Shown here: positions 50,101-59,341 of the stretch, one piece after another
Numbering within the stretch: position 1 is the stretch's first letter
Layout of the letters: every line of letters begins with the position of its first letter
Source: a virus
Virus record (IMG/VR): IMGVR_UViG_3300008459_000008
Location: 1-64,000 of that record
Strand: one strand, 5' to 3'
Length of the DNA: 64,000 nucleotides
The notes under the pieces: model-generated
The model's database searches: none
What the model was told of the DNA's origin: nothing
Seen by the model: the letters and a program-made list of their open reading frames with translations, nothing else
Translations under genes and position numbers: made by a program

Positions 50101-53100
50101 GGGGGTTCTGATTGTGTATTGAGTAGTGGATGTAGAGGTGTAGTTATAAGTGCAGTCACAAATAGTCCATCGAGTGGATGTGGAGTAGATGCAAACTTTG
50201 ATCCTATATGTTGGTCATTTGTTGAAACTCCAAATGTTCAAAGTATAACAGGTGCTTTTGAAGTGGATTTCCAGGCAGGCAATCAATTGATGAAAGCAAA
50301 TACAACTTATTATGTTAGGGCATACGCCACTAATTTTTTCGCAAATAACCAAAACAATTACGGATACTCCGCAACAAGTACATTTAAAACATTATTAACT
50401 GGAACAACACCCCTACTTTATACCAACACTACTGTGAGTATCACAACCACGAGCGCAACAAGTGGTGGATTTATAACTTCACAGGGTGGTGCAAGTGTCA
50501 CTCAAAAGGGAGTAGTGTGGTCTACATCTCCAAATCCAACCACATCACTTTCTACAAAAACTTCTAATGGAACAGGCACTGCAGCTTATTCAAGTAATAT
50601 GACAGGTCTCACACCTAATACTTTATACTATGTAAGAGCATACGCTGTAAATAGTTTTGGAACATCTTATGGTCCTCAAGTACAATTCACTACAAATGCG
50701 AGTGCCGGACTAGCCACATTAACAACTACATCAGTCACAAATTTATCTACAACATCGGTGACATCAGGTGGTAACATTACAAACAGTGGTGGTACAAATG
50801 TTACTGCAAGAGGCGTATGTTACTCCACATCAACTAACCCAACAATAACTAACGGCACAGTTGTCGCGAGTGGTTCTGGTACAGGATCGTTCACAACAAA
50901 TATCACTGGATTGATTCAAGGTAATACTTATTTTTTAAGGGCTTTTGCTACAAATACTTCCGGTACAAGTTATGGTAATCAAGTACAAATCACTACACTA
51001 ACACTACCATCAATAACCACTACCGTCGCAAGTAATGTAACCAGCACAACAGTAATTACTGGTGGTAATGTAACATCGGATGGTGGTTCGACTATTACGG
51101 AAAGAGGTGTCTGTTATGAAACAACACAGAACCCAACTACAGGAAATTTTAAACTAGTATCAACTGGCACGACAGGTACGTTTACATCAAACATAACTGA
51201 CTTGACACCAGGCACAACTTACTATGTAAGGGCATACGCTATAAATTCTGTAGGAACTCAATACGGAACTCAAATAAGTTTTACTACCACCGCAGCACAA
51301 ACAGTACCCACTGTGACAACAACTAATCCAACATCTATCACAACTAACACGGTAAGTAGTGGTGGTACTGTTAGTTCGGATGGTAATTCCACGGTTTCAT
51401 CAAGAGGTGTTGTTTGGTCAACATCTTCGGGTCCAACAATCAATCTTACAACTAAAACGGTTAATGGTAGTGGAACTGGTAGTTTCACAAGTTCAGTTGG
51501 AGGTCTTTTACCGGGTGTACTTTACTACATAAGAGCTTATGCTACAAATTCAATTGGTACATCTTATGGTTCAGAATTCACATTCACCACTTTAACAACT
51601 ACACCCACATTATCTTCTACCATTACAGCATCAAATATAACTCAGACCTCAGCAATCTCAGGAGGAAACGTTACAAGTGATGGTGGGATAACAATTACTG
51701 AAAGGGGGGTATGTTGGTCAACATCAAGTAATCCGACTGTTAGTCTAAGTACAAAAACAATAGATGGATCTGGTGTTGGTAGTTTTGTTAGCGATCTCAC
51801 AGGATTATCTGCGAGTACTACTTATTATGTTAGAGCTTACGCTACTAATTCAAATGGTACTAGTTATGGAACACAAATATCATTTACTACTTTATCATCA
51901 ACTACGGTTCCTACTGTCACAACCACAACCGCCTCATCAATTACATTAACATCGGCCGTATCAGGTGGTAATGTGACTTCGGACGGAGGTACTGTTGTGA
52001 CTGTGAGGGGGGTAGTTTGGTCTACATCTCCTTCACCGACAGTATCTTTAACAACTAAAACTCAAGATGGTACAGGAATTGGTACGTTTACAAGCTCTAT
52101 GACCGGTTTAACCGCGTCAACAATTTACTATTATAGAGCATATGCGACTAACTCTCAAGGGACATCATATGGTAATCAACTATCATTTACCACCACTGCA
52201 AACTTACCTGTTGTGACAACAACAAACGTAAGTTCCGTCACACTCACAGGTGCTGTTTCTGGTGGTAACGTAACATCAACTGGTGGAGCAACAGTCACAG
52301 CAAGAGGGGTATGTTGGTCAACATCACCTAATCCTACAATATTGAACTCAAAGACAACTGATGGAAGTGGGACTGGTACATTTACAAGTACTATCTCTAA
52401 TTTATCACAAAATACAACCTATTATGTCAGAGCATACGCAACTAACTCATCTGGTACCGCATATGGGACAGAATTACAATTCATCACATCAAACACATCT
52501 TTACCAACTGTTAATACAACATCTGTCACATCTATAGATTTCACAAGTGCTATATCTGGAGGTAATGTGGTATCAGACGGTAATTCAACAGTGACATCGA
52601 GAGGTGTGGTGTGGTCTGAAACACAAAATCCAACCCTTAGTAATTCATTTACAGTAGATGATAATGGTACTGGTACATTTACAAGTAATCTCACAAATTT
52701 GACTGCCGGCGTCACATATTATGTAAGAGCGTATGCAACAAATTCCTTAGGTACATCATATGGAAACCAAGTATCATTCGCAACAATACCTGGTCAAGCA
52801 CCAGAGGTATCAACAAACATTATAAATAACGTCACATCCACTAATGCTGAAGTTGTTTATAGTATAAACTCAATAGGTGGTGGAACATTATCATTAAAAG
52901 GTATTTGTTATTCTACATCTCCGAACCCCACAACATCTAATCAGAAGGTAGAAGAAGTCTGTGCAATTGAGACCCCATGTGAGATCGGTCAATATACAAT
53001 TACTTTCATAAATCCATTGTCTCCAAATGTGACTTATTATGTAAGAGCCTACGCAACAAGTGAATTTGGAACCTCATATGGAGAAGAACTTTCCTTCACA

Positions 53101-54360
53101 ACATTGATTAATTTCCCAACACTCACAACCACATCTATATCTGAAATAACATCAACTACAGCTAGTAGTGGTGGTACTATAGTAGACGTGGGTGGTGGGT
53201 CTATAAGTGCGAAGGGAGTTTGTTGGTCAACTTCATCAAATCCTACACTTAATAATTCATTCACAACTGATGGAAGTGGTCCGAATTTCTTCTCTAGTCA
53301 AATTACAGGATTATTACCTGGTGTGTTATACTATGTAAGATCATACGCCACTAATCAAACTGGTACAAATTATGGAAATCAAGTTACGTTCACTACAATA
53401 TCAGTGTCTGTACCTACACTAACAACAAATAGCGTCACTTCAATTACTAACTCATCTGCTATATCCGGTGGAAATATCACATCAGATGGGGGGTCTACTA
53501 TAACAGCAAGGGGAGTTGTTTATTCCACATCACAAAATCCAACCTTATCAAATAATAGAACGTTTGACGGTTCGGGAATTGGTTCGTTTAGTTCTTCTAT
53601 AACTGGTTTATCACCTGGTGTTACCTATTATGTTAGATCATATGCGACCACATCGGGTGGTACAGGATACGGACAACAAAATATTTTTACAACTTCTGGT
53701 TCAATTCCAACTGTATCTACCACCACAATTACAAACATTAGCTCGTCAGGTGCGACGTCTGGTGGTAATGTAACATCGTCTGGCGGATCTTCAATCACTT
53801 CTAGAGGGGTTGTTTGGTCAACATCTCCAAATCCAACTGTATCTTTATCAACCAAGACATCAAATGGAACAGGAACAGGAATATTTACAAGTACAATAAT
53901 CGGATTATCCCCATCAACACTTTATTATGTTAGATCTTACGCTACAAACAGTACAGGTACTGCATATGGTACAGAGTTAACATTTACAACTTCATTGAGT
54001 GGTGGTGGAAGTTGTGCGATTGGTGGTCTAACAGTTACAAGAGTTAATAATGCTTGGAACTTTACATTTAACATAAATCCAAATTGTACAAGTTATACGG
54101 TGAACGTGTGTAGATATTCAAATACTAACCCAGCAATACCACCAACTGCAGGTCAAACACCAGTAGCATGTGCGGTTAGAAATAACATGACTAGTTATGT
54201 ACCAACTTCTTCGGAAATAAGCGCTGGTGTTATAACAAGAGTGATGAGTCCACCACCAGCCAATACCGGTGTGTGGTACAGTGTTGACGTAACTTGTAAT
54301 GGTACTTGTACAGGTACCAAAACTACTAGGTCTGCATATTTCTATAATCCAATCCCATAA
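47149..54360 (+). CDS. Secreted M12B/reprolysin-like zinc metalloprotease with 18 FN3-like repeats (paralog 2)
   Basis: Signal peptide SFG|QV; HELGHNFGSRH (48166-48198); TIMSY; 18 repeats; same C-terminal domain. Confidence 0.88.
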   Translation: MKKFLFFLTSLILTLNSFGQVKLNVWDKNPNVSKTINNIKPNNLPKTFESLTPDGEKTIYDRWEVPAITVVSSKGKSYTTKPVAYKSRNGFGVLTYSKNGWQGLHSGRSGKFYSMTPSKVNEDTSSLRSVEEYCGGAGLQPSSQNIDQKKDTKKTPSVGRLTNSDFYNPLVPINKTCSVYAEIAFDLHTALGGNLATTEDWVTRLFLGISQIYLNEGITIYLNKVYVWEALDPYGYTTQTGTQDVVRSNVLNLFGGKILNNLPTNPNSNFKHLLTNATYGGVAYYGPFTPSDGYTPASDLFGPTSRVGLSSMSNKLEIASTPTDLSVYNDRRWCLLVVAHELGHNFGSRHTQWCGWKSDVGTLIGRLDSCTNGETSNPLGPNCGATSYPSYKPTIMSYCQFHQNAPAFSQFLSNGFGKYPRFSIRTGLANSSDIPYTNASIPTLTTTPIVTYTATTATSGGNITSDGGANVTSRGVCWSTSPNPTISGSRTLDGSFSGSFTSNITGLLGGITYYVRAYATNQAGTAYGNEVSFTTSVPLVPTLSSTTAATSITNNSATSGGNVSANGGGSITARGVCWSTSTTPTISNSRTNDAVGTGTGSFTSSLTGLSAGTTYYVRSYATNSAGTGYGPQITFSTFSASSILINTTALTGLAPKNVTTGGTITSDGGSAVTARGVCWSTTSPPTISNSKVNTGTGTGTYTSTVSGLSPSTTYYLRSFATNSSGTTYGNELSFTTTSVPTFINGTPSYVSQTSIKTNYTISFPNQSFSSHALGASTTNPPDSYNLNSSSYTFNSVSGTYQSLLGRKSTSQGLQPSTTYFIRPIATDIYDNFYYGPITQATTLAPSLPVCTTYVATEVSTPTTNASTAKLSGKVTSIGGAITERGFCYSTTQNPTTSNSKVTTTTCSSDDDCLLSFTNTVANFTPGTTYYVRSYAINPSGVGYGNQVSFTTPIYVYQGPPIVVIDSIRNISTVGAKLYGRVTNRGGSDCVLSSGCRGVVISAVTNSPSSGCGVDANFDPICWSFVETPNVQSITGAFEVDFQAGNQLMKANTTYYVRAYATNFFANNQNNYGYSATSTFKTLLTGTTPLLYTNTTVSITTTSATSGGFITSQGGASVTQKGVVWSTSPNPTTSLSTKTSNGTGTAAYSSNMTGLTPNTLYYVRAYAVNSFGTSYGPQVQFTTNASAGLATLTTTSVTNLSTTSVTSGGNITNSGGTNVTARGVCYSTSTNPTITNGTVVASGSGTGSFTTNITGLIQGNTYFLRAFATNTSGTSYGNQVQITTLTLPSITTTVASNVTSTTVITGGNVTSDGGSTITERGVCYETTQNPTTGNFKLVSTGTTGTFTSNITDLTPGTTYYVRAYAINSVGTQYGTQISFTTTAAQTVPTVTTTNPTSITTNTVSSGGTVSSDGNSTVSSRGVVWSTSSGPTINLTTKTVNGSGTGSFTSSVGGLLPGVLYYIRAYATNSIGTSYGSEFTFTTLTTTPTLSSTITASNITQTSAISGGNVTSDGGITITERGVCWSTSSNPTVSLSTKTIDGSGVGSFVSDLTGLSASTTYYVRAYATNSNGTSYGTQISFTTLSSTTVPTVTTTTASSITLTSAVSGGNVTSDGGTVVTVRGVVWSTSPSPTVSLTTKTQDGTGIGTFTSSMTGLTASTIYYYRAYATNSQGTSYGNQLSFTTTANLPVVTTTNVSSVTLTGAVSGGNVTSTGGATVTARGVCWSTSPNPTILNSKTTDGSGTGTFTSTISNLSQNTTYYVRAYATNSSGTAYGTELQFITSNTSLPTVNTTSVTSIDFTSAISGGNVVSDGNSTVTSRGVVWSETQNPTLSNSFTVDDNGTGTFTSNLTNLTAGVTYYVRAYATNSLGTSYGNQVSFATIPGQAPEVSTNIINNVTSTNAEVVYSINSIGGGTLSLKGICYSTSPNPTTSNQKVEEVCAIETPCEIGQYTITFINPLSPNVTYYVRAYATSEFGTSYGEELSFTTLINFPTLTTTSISEITSTTASSGGTIVDVGGGSISAKGVCWSTSSNPTLNNSFTTDGSGPNFFSSQITGLLPGVLYYVRSYATNQTGTNYGNQVTFTTISVSVPTLTTNSVTSITNSSAISGGNITSDGGSTITARGVVYSTSQNPTLSNNRTFDGSGIGSFSSSITGLSPGVTYYVRSYATTSGGTGYGQQNIFTTSGSIPTVSTTTITNISSSGATSGGNVTSSGGSSITSRGVVWSTSPNPTVSLSTKTSNGTGTGIFTSTIIGLSPSTLYYVRSYATNSTGTAYGTELTFTTSLSGGGSCAIGGLTVTRVNNAWNFTFNINPNCTSYTVNVCRYSNTNPAIPPTAGQTPVACAVRNNMTSYVPTSSEISAGVITRVMSPPPANTGVWYSVDVTCNGTCTGTKTTRSAYFYNPIP

Positions 54361-54375
54361 AAAAACTAAAATTGA

Positions 54376-57300
54376 ATGAAAAAGTTTCTTCTACTAATTC
54401 TATTGACACTAACTTCCGTTCTGTCCTTTGGGCAGACGGAAGTTGATATTTGGAAAAAATCCAACAAAAAAATATTTTCTCAAAGAAAATTTACATTTCC
54501 AAAAACATTTGTTTCCAAATCACCATCAGGTAAACAATTGACTTACCAACGTGTGGAACATCCATATATCAAGATAGAAACATCTAGTGGTAAGAAATGG
54601 ACAAAGAAACCAATTATTTATCAATCTACTTCAGATTTTGGTGTAATAACATATGACGGTAAAAATTGGAGTGGTATACATACAGAGGATGGATACAATG
54701 TAAGTAACTTGACGAAAGAAAAGGTTACTAATGTCAAAATGGATGCTGAAAAATTCAGTTTTGGTGAAGGAGATGTTTTACTCGCGCCCACAAAATCAAA
54801 TAAAAAGATAGGAAGGTCAATCCAAAACAATCCAAATTTTTATGATCCTTACATCAGAATTAATAAAACTTGTGGAGTTTATGTGGAAGTAACAAATGAT
54901 TTATATAAATTTTGGGGTTCAGATACTGGTAGAGTAACACAGTATGTTACAACTATACTAACAAATGTTATAGCTCTATATGACAGAGAGGGTATAAATG
55001 TCACATTGAATAAAATTTTTGTTTGGGACACACCTGATCCTTATGGAAACCCATTCGATAATACACAGTATCTAAATCAATTTACAGATAACATCAACAA
55101 AAATATACCAACTACACCAGAATCTCATTTTAAACACTTATTACACAATAAGAATTTGGGTGGTATAGCTTGGATAAATGGTGAATCAGATGGATACATC
55201 ACATCTGCAAATCTTGATCCATACTATACCTGTGCGGTCACAGGAATTGGTTCAAATATAGTAGTTAATTCTAATGTCACTTATTCTTGGCCAGTAATGT
55301 GTTTCACACATGAAATGGGACACAATCTTGGTTCAAAACATACTCATTGGTGTGGATGGAAAAATGAATCCAATCAAGCCATAGGTAGAATTGACAGTTG
55401 TTACAGAGGAGAAAGCACAGATGGGCCAGATAATTGCACGTCATCTACTTATACAGTAGTTAAATCAAACAACAGAGGCTCTGTAATGAGTTATTGTCAT
55501 CTGAATGGTGCCATAAGTTTCACAACTGGATTTGGTAGATTACCAAGATATTCAATAAGATCTAATCTAAATGATGCACCAGAGGTGCCATTTGACACAC
55601 CACAAGTTCCAACAGTAACTATTGATACTGGTACTCAAAAAACAGCTACTTCTGTTTTAATGACTGGAAATATTGTAATGACTGGAGAAACTATAATTCA
55701 AGAAAGAGGTTTCGTGTGGACAAATTCACAAATCATAATGCCTACATTGAATTTGACAACTAAAATTGCGGTCGGCTCAGGTAGTGGAACATTTCAATCA
55801 CAAATTACAACATTAACTGCAGGAGGACGTTTTTGGTTTAGGGCATATGCGAAAAATGCTACTGGAGTTTACTATAGTGATACAGTAAGGGTACAATTGG
55901 TCTCAACGTCTGTACCAAGTCTGACGACAAATCCTGTAACTCTAATTACAAATATATCGGCTCAAACTGGTGGCACATACATATCGATTGGTAATATTTC
56001 AATTCAAGAAAGAGGTATAGTGTACAGCACTTCCAATCAACTTCCTACCGTAGATGACACTAAAGTGATCACACCATCACCAAATAACACAAACTTCGTT
56101 CAGAATTTGACGGGTCTAACTCCCAACACCACTTATTACATAAGGGCTTTTGCTAGAAATAGTCCGTCAATTTTTTCTTACGGAAATGTACAAACTTTTC
56201 AAACTTTACCAAATGAGTCGGTATCTTTTGGAGTACCTTTAGCTACCGTCAATAGTAGTACACAAATAACCCCTAGTGTTTTTATCACATCTACTGGTAA
56301 TGGTGGGGTCATATCTGAAAGAGGTTTCTACATAGGAACTACACCAAATCCTGAAAATAACATACTTAATAAAAGAGTTGCGGTTTTGGGACAAGCCACT
56401 ACTATGGCATTAGCTATAATAAATCTAACACCCAATACACTTTATTATATCAAAGGTTTTGCGACCACTCAATTTGGTACTTTTTATACACCCGAATTCA
56501 CATCCACTACACTTAGGAGTATACTAGTGATGGATGAAGTTAGTGGAATAGAAGCTACTAAAGCTACGTTCAAATATACTATTGGTCCAACTACATCTAT
56601 CATACCATCATCAGGTGTTTTGTTATCAACCAACATAACACCAACTAGAGCAAACAGTCAGTTCTTTTTTCAATCGACATATGTTGGACAAGGACAAGGC
56701 ACAATTGTTGGACAAGACCTACTTCCAAATACGACTTACTATGCTAGAGGGGTAATACCATTTACTTCTGGTGATTTCTTTTCAACTAATATACTACAGT
56801 TTCAAACTACGGGAGTTGTTGGTACTCCATCGGTTAGTACTTTGGGATCACCCACAAAAACAAAAAATTCGATTGTAGTTAGAGGTGAAGTTGTGTCAAC
56901 TGGATCATCACCTGTATTTAACAGGGGAATTTGTTATTCAACCGCACCAAATCCTACTATAAATAATTCAGTTATTGTATCAGGTCAGGGGATTGGTCAA
57001 TATATTGTAACTATAAACAATTTAGTACCTAGTACAATATATTATATTAGAGCGTATGCTACCAACAAGTCCGGCACTTCTTATGGTTCAGAAATTAATA
57101 TTTCAACCAGTGGTGATATCCCAACAATCATAACAAACTCAATCAACAACATTTCATTAACCACTGCTAATGGAGGTGGTGAAATAACTCTTTCGGGTGG
57201 ACGTGTTGTTACATCTAGGGGTGTAATTTGGTCAACCAATCCCAATCCAACAATAAATTTGTCTACAAAAACAGTAGATGGTAGCGGAATTGGCATATTC

Positions 57301-58392
57301 ACAAGTGCAATCACTGGATTGGTACAGAATACGAAATATTATGTCAGAGCTTATGCCATAAATGATAATGGGGTTGGATATGGTAATGAAATTAATTTCA
57401 CTACTTTGCCTAGTCCAACTACAGCAAATGTAATAACAAATATTGTCACAAATATTTTACCAACATCAGCGACATCCGGTGGTAATGTTACTTATGATGG
57501 TGGAACACCTGTGGTATCCAAGGGGATTTGTTGGTCGACTTCTCAGAACCCAACAATCGACCTTACCACAAAAACTATGGACGGTAGTGGATTGGGTCCC
57601 TTCGTTAGTCAGATATCCAACTTGACCCTCGGCAACACTTACTATGTAAGGGCTTACGCTGTTAATTCTACTGGAACTAGTTATGGTGTACAGTATTCAT
57701 TTACAACTTCGTTAGGCATCCCAATCGTTTTGACTAATCCGGTAAGTGGGATTACAATAACATCAGCGAGTGTTGGAGGGAATGTAACTTCTTCTGGAAA
57801 TGCACCTGTAACTCAGAGAGGAATTTGTTGGTCAATAAATCAGAACCCAACAACAAGTGATAATATAGTACCAAGTGGAAACGGAACTGGAGTTTTTTCC
57901 GGAAATATATTAGGACTATCCTCCTCCACAACATATTTTATCAGAGCTTATGCTACAAACTCTTTGGGAACTTCCTATGGATCACAGATTTCATTTACCA
58001 CTTCACCACAATCTGGAGGTACTTGTCAAATATCTGGACTAACATCCTATCTAAATCAAACGAACAAATGGGAATTTAATTACAATATAAATTTAAAATG
58101 TGCTACATATTCTGTAAATGTGTGTAGGTATAATTACACAGATCCTAATAGTCAACCACCTTCAAATTTACAACCAACAAGTTGTGGAGTAAGAAATAGC
58201 ATGAATGCTTATGTACCAACAATCCAAGAAACAAATAATGGGTACATCCAAAAAGAAATGATACCTCAACCGACGGCTTCGACAAAATCTGGTTTTGGTG
58301 GATATTGGTACAGCATAGATGTCAGATGTTCATCACAAAATTGTTTGGGATCAAATTTGACTAAATACTATTTTTATGTACCAGGTATGTAA
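54376..58392 (+). CDS. Secreted M12B/reprolysin-like zinc metalloprotease with 8 FN3-like repeats (paralog 3)
   Basis: Signal peptide SFG|QT; HEMGHNLGSKH (55309-55341); SVMSY; 8 repeats; same C-terminal domain. Confidence 0.88.
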   Translation: MKKFLLLILLTLTSVLSFGQTEVDIWKKSNKKIFSQRKFTFPKTFVSKSPSGKQLTYQRVEHPYIKIETSSGKKWTKKPIIYQSTSDFGVITYDGKNWSGIHTEDGYNVSNLTKEKVTNVKMDAEKFSFGEGDVLLAPTKSNKKIGRSIQNNPNFYDPYIRINKTCGVYVEVTNDLYKFWGSDTGRVTQYVTTILTNVIALYDREGINVTLNKIFVWDTPDPYGNPFDNTQYLNQFTDNINKNIPTTPESHFKHLLHNKNLGGIAWINGESDGYITSANLDPYYTCAVTGIGSNIVVNSNVTYSWPVMCFTHEMGHNLGSKHTHWCGWKNESNQAIGRIDSCYRGESTDGPDNCTSSTYTVVKSNNRGSVMSYCHLNGAISFTTGFGRLPRYSIRSNLNDAPEVPFDTPQVPTVTIDTGTQKTATSVLMTGNIVMTGETIIQERGFVWTNSQIIMPTLNLTTKIAVGSGSGTFQSQITTLTAGGRFWFRAYAKNATGVYYSDTVRVQLVSTSVPSLTTNPVTLITNISAQTGGTYISIGNISIQERGIVYSTSNQLPTVDDTKVITPSPNNTNFVQNLTGLTPNTTYYIRAFARNSPSIFSYGNVQTFQTLPNESVSFGVPLATVNSSTQITPSVFITSTGNGGVISERGFYIGTTPNPENNILNKRVAVLGQATTMALAIINLTPNTLYYIKGFATTQFGTFYTPEFTSTTLRSILVMDEVSGIEATKATFKYTIGPTTSIIPSSGVLLSTNITPTRANSQFFFQSTYVGQGQGTIVGQDLLPNTTYYARGVIPFTSGDFFSTNILQFQTTGVVGTPSVSTLGSPTKTKNSIVVRGEVVSTGSSPVFNRGICYSTAPNPTINNSVIVSGQGIGQYIVTINNLVPSTIYYIRAYATNKSGTSYGSEINISTSGDIPTIITNSINNISLTTANGGGEITLSGGRVVTSRGVIWSTNPNPTINLSTKTVDGSGIGIFTSAITGLVQNTKYYVRAYAINDNGVGYGNEINFTTLPSPTTANVITNIVTNILPTSATSGGNVTYDGGTPVVSKGICWSTSQNPTIDLTTKTMDGSGLGPFVSQISNLTLGNTYYVRAYAVNSTGTSYGVQYSFTTSLGIPIVLTNPVSGITITSASVGGNVTSSGNAPVTQRGICWSINQNPTTSDNIVPSGNGTGVFSGNILGLSSSTTYFIRAYATNSLGTSYGSQISFTTSPQSGGTCQISGLTSYLNQTNKWEFNYNINLKCATYSVNVCRYNYTDPNSQPPSNLQPTSCGVRNSMNAYVPTIQETNNGYIQKEMIPQPTASTKSGFGGYWYSIDVRCSSQNCLGSNLTKYYFYVPGM

Positions 58393-58494
58393 TAAAAGTT
58401 ATTTTATCAAAAGAATATATAAATAGATTAATAGGAATAAAAACCGAAATAATATATAATTAAACAAAAAGATTTAAAAAAATATAAATAAGTT

Positions 58495-59118
58495 ATGGCA
58501 CTTCCACATTTTACCCAACTTCAAATGACCGGTTCACCTGGTGGACCTGGGTCTAGACCACAAGAACCAGTATATTTGAACCTGTTTGAGTGTACATTTG
58601 TCCTTCCAACAATTGTTGCAGCTCGTTATGGAACAGATGCTGGACCGGGTCTACTTTTACAACAAGCTACAAAAATAACTTTTGACGTAACTCCATCATT
58701 GGAATCAGTTGAACAGAAATTCAAATATTCTGGTAGAGCTTTTATGAAAACCCCAACAAAAACCACTACAGACTTAACTCTTGGATTCAATGTTAACGTT
58801 AATGATACTGGTAGTATGGAGACTTGGAACATTCTTAAATCATGGTATGATTTAGTCTGGAACTCTCAAAACGGATATTTGCACTACAAAGCAGATATTG
58901 TTGGAACTATCATCGTTAACCAACATGATAAAAAGGGGGTTGTTTTAAGGAGATTAACCTTTCAGAACTGTCAAATCAAATCAATTGGTAATCCAGCCTT
59001 AACTTGGGATGGTGGTGAAATTTGGAATTTTGAATCAGCATTTATAGCTGATTACTGGATTGATGAATACATCGATCAGAACTTCACAATTGTGCCGCCA
59101 CTTGTATCAGGATATTAA
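58495..59118 (+). CDS. gp19: Tail tube protein, T4 gp19-like
   Basis: EPVYLNLFE.TF..P, W..LKSWYDLVWN...G, YKAD, IVNQHDKKG...R.L, F.ADYW; multiple late motifs upstream. Confidence 0.82.
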   Translation: MALPHFTQLQMTGSPGGPGSRPQEPVYLNLFECTFVLPTIVAARYGTDAGPGLLLQQATKITFDVTPSLESVEQKFKYSGRAFMKTPTKTTTDLTLGFNVNVNDTGSMETWNILKSWYDLVWNSQNGYLHYKADIVGTIIVNQHDKKGVVLRRLTFQNCQIKSIGNPALTWDGGEIWNFESAFIADYWIDEYIDQNFTIVPPLVSGY

Positions 59119-59120
59119 TG

Positions 59121-59149
59121 AAAAAAGGACCTTAAAAAGGTCCTTTTTT
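59121..59149. terminator. Bidirectional intrinsic terminator
   Basis: aaaaaaggacctt-aaa-aaggtcctttttt. Confidence 0.85.
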
Positions 59150-59341
59150 ATTTAAATTGATTTCTTTTTTTCCCAATCTTTCCTCTTCTAATTGTTTTCT
59201 AGATTTTTCCTCCTCTTCAAATATTTCATTTACTATCTTAATATTTTCTTCAAACATCCAAAATGGCCACTCATCCATCGAGGGTTCATGTGTATTGAAA
59301 TTTTTTTGTAAAAGTAATTTATTTTTTAATAAATTGGTCAA
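59132..59341 (-). CDS. gp51: Baseplate hub assembly factor, T4 gp51-like (start uncertain: TTG 59341 or frameshift from upstream gene)
   Basis: LLQKNF...MDEWPFWMFE..I....EEEEK resembles gp51 LE.M.PWERE....L...EEE; overlaps the 3' end of the gp26-like gene. Confidence 0.5.
   Translation of the reverse strand: MTNLLKNKLLLQKNFNTHEPSMDEWPFWMFEENIKIVNEIFEEEEKSRKQLEEERLGKKEINLNKKGPF

Noticed and set aside
43720-58010. Diversity-generating retroelement template/variable repeats
   Set aside because: Repeat differences are not adenine-specific, and no reverse transcriptase is present in the window.
42356-58392. Host DNA contamination or a recent mobile insertion
   Set aside because: No transposase, integrase or terminal repeats; short intergenic gaps carry the same ATATATA motif as the flanking phage genes. 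Read-level confirmation is still advisable.
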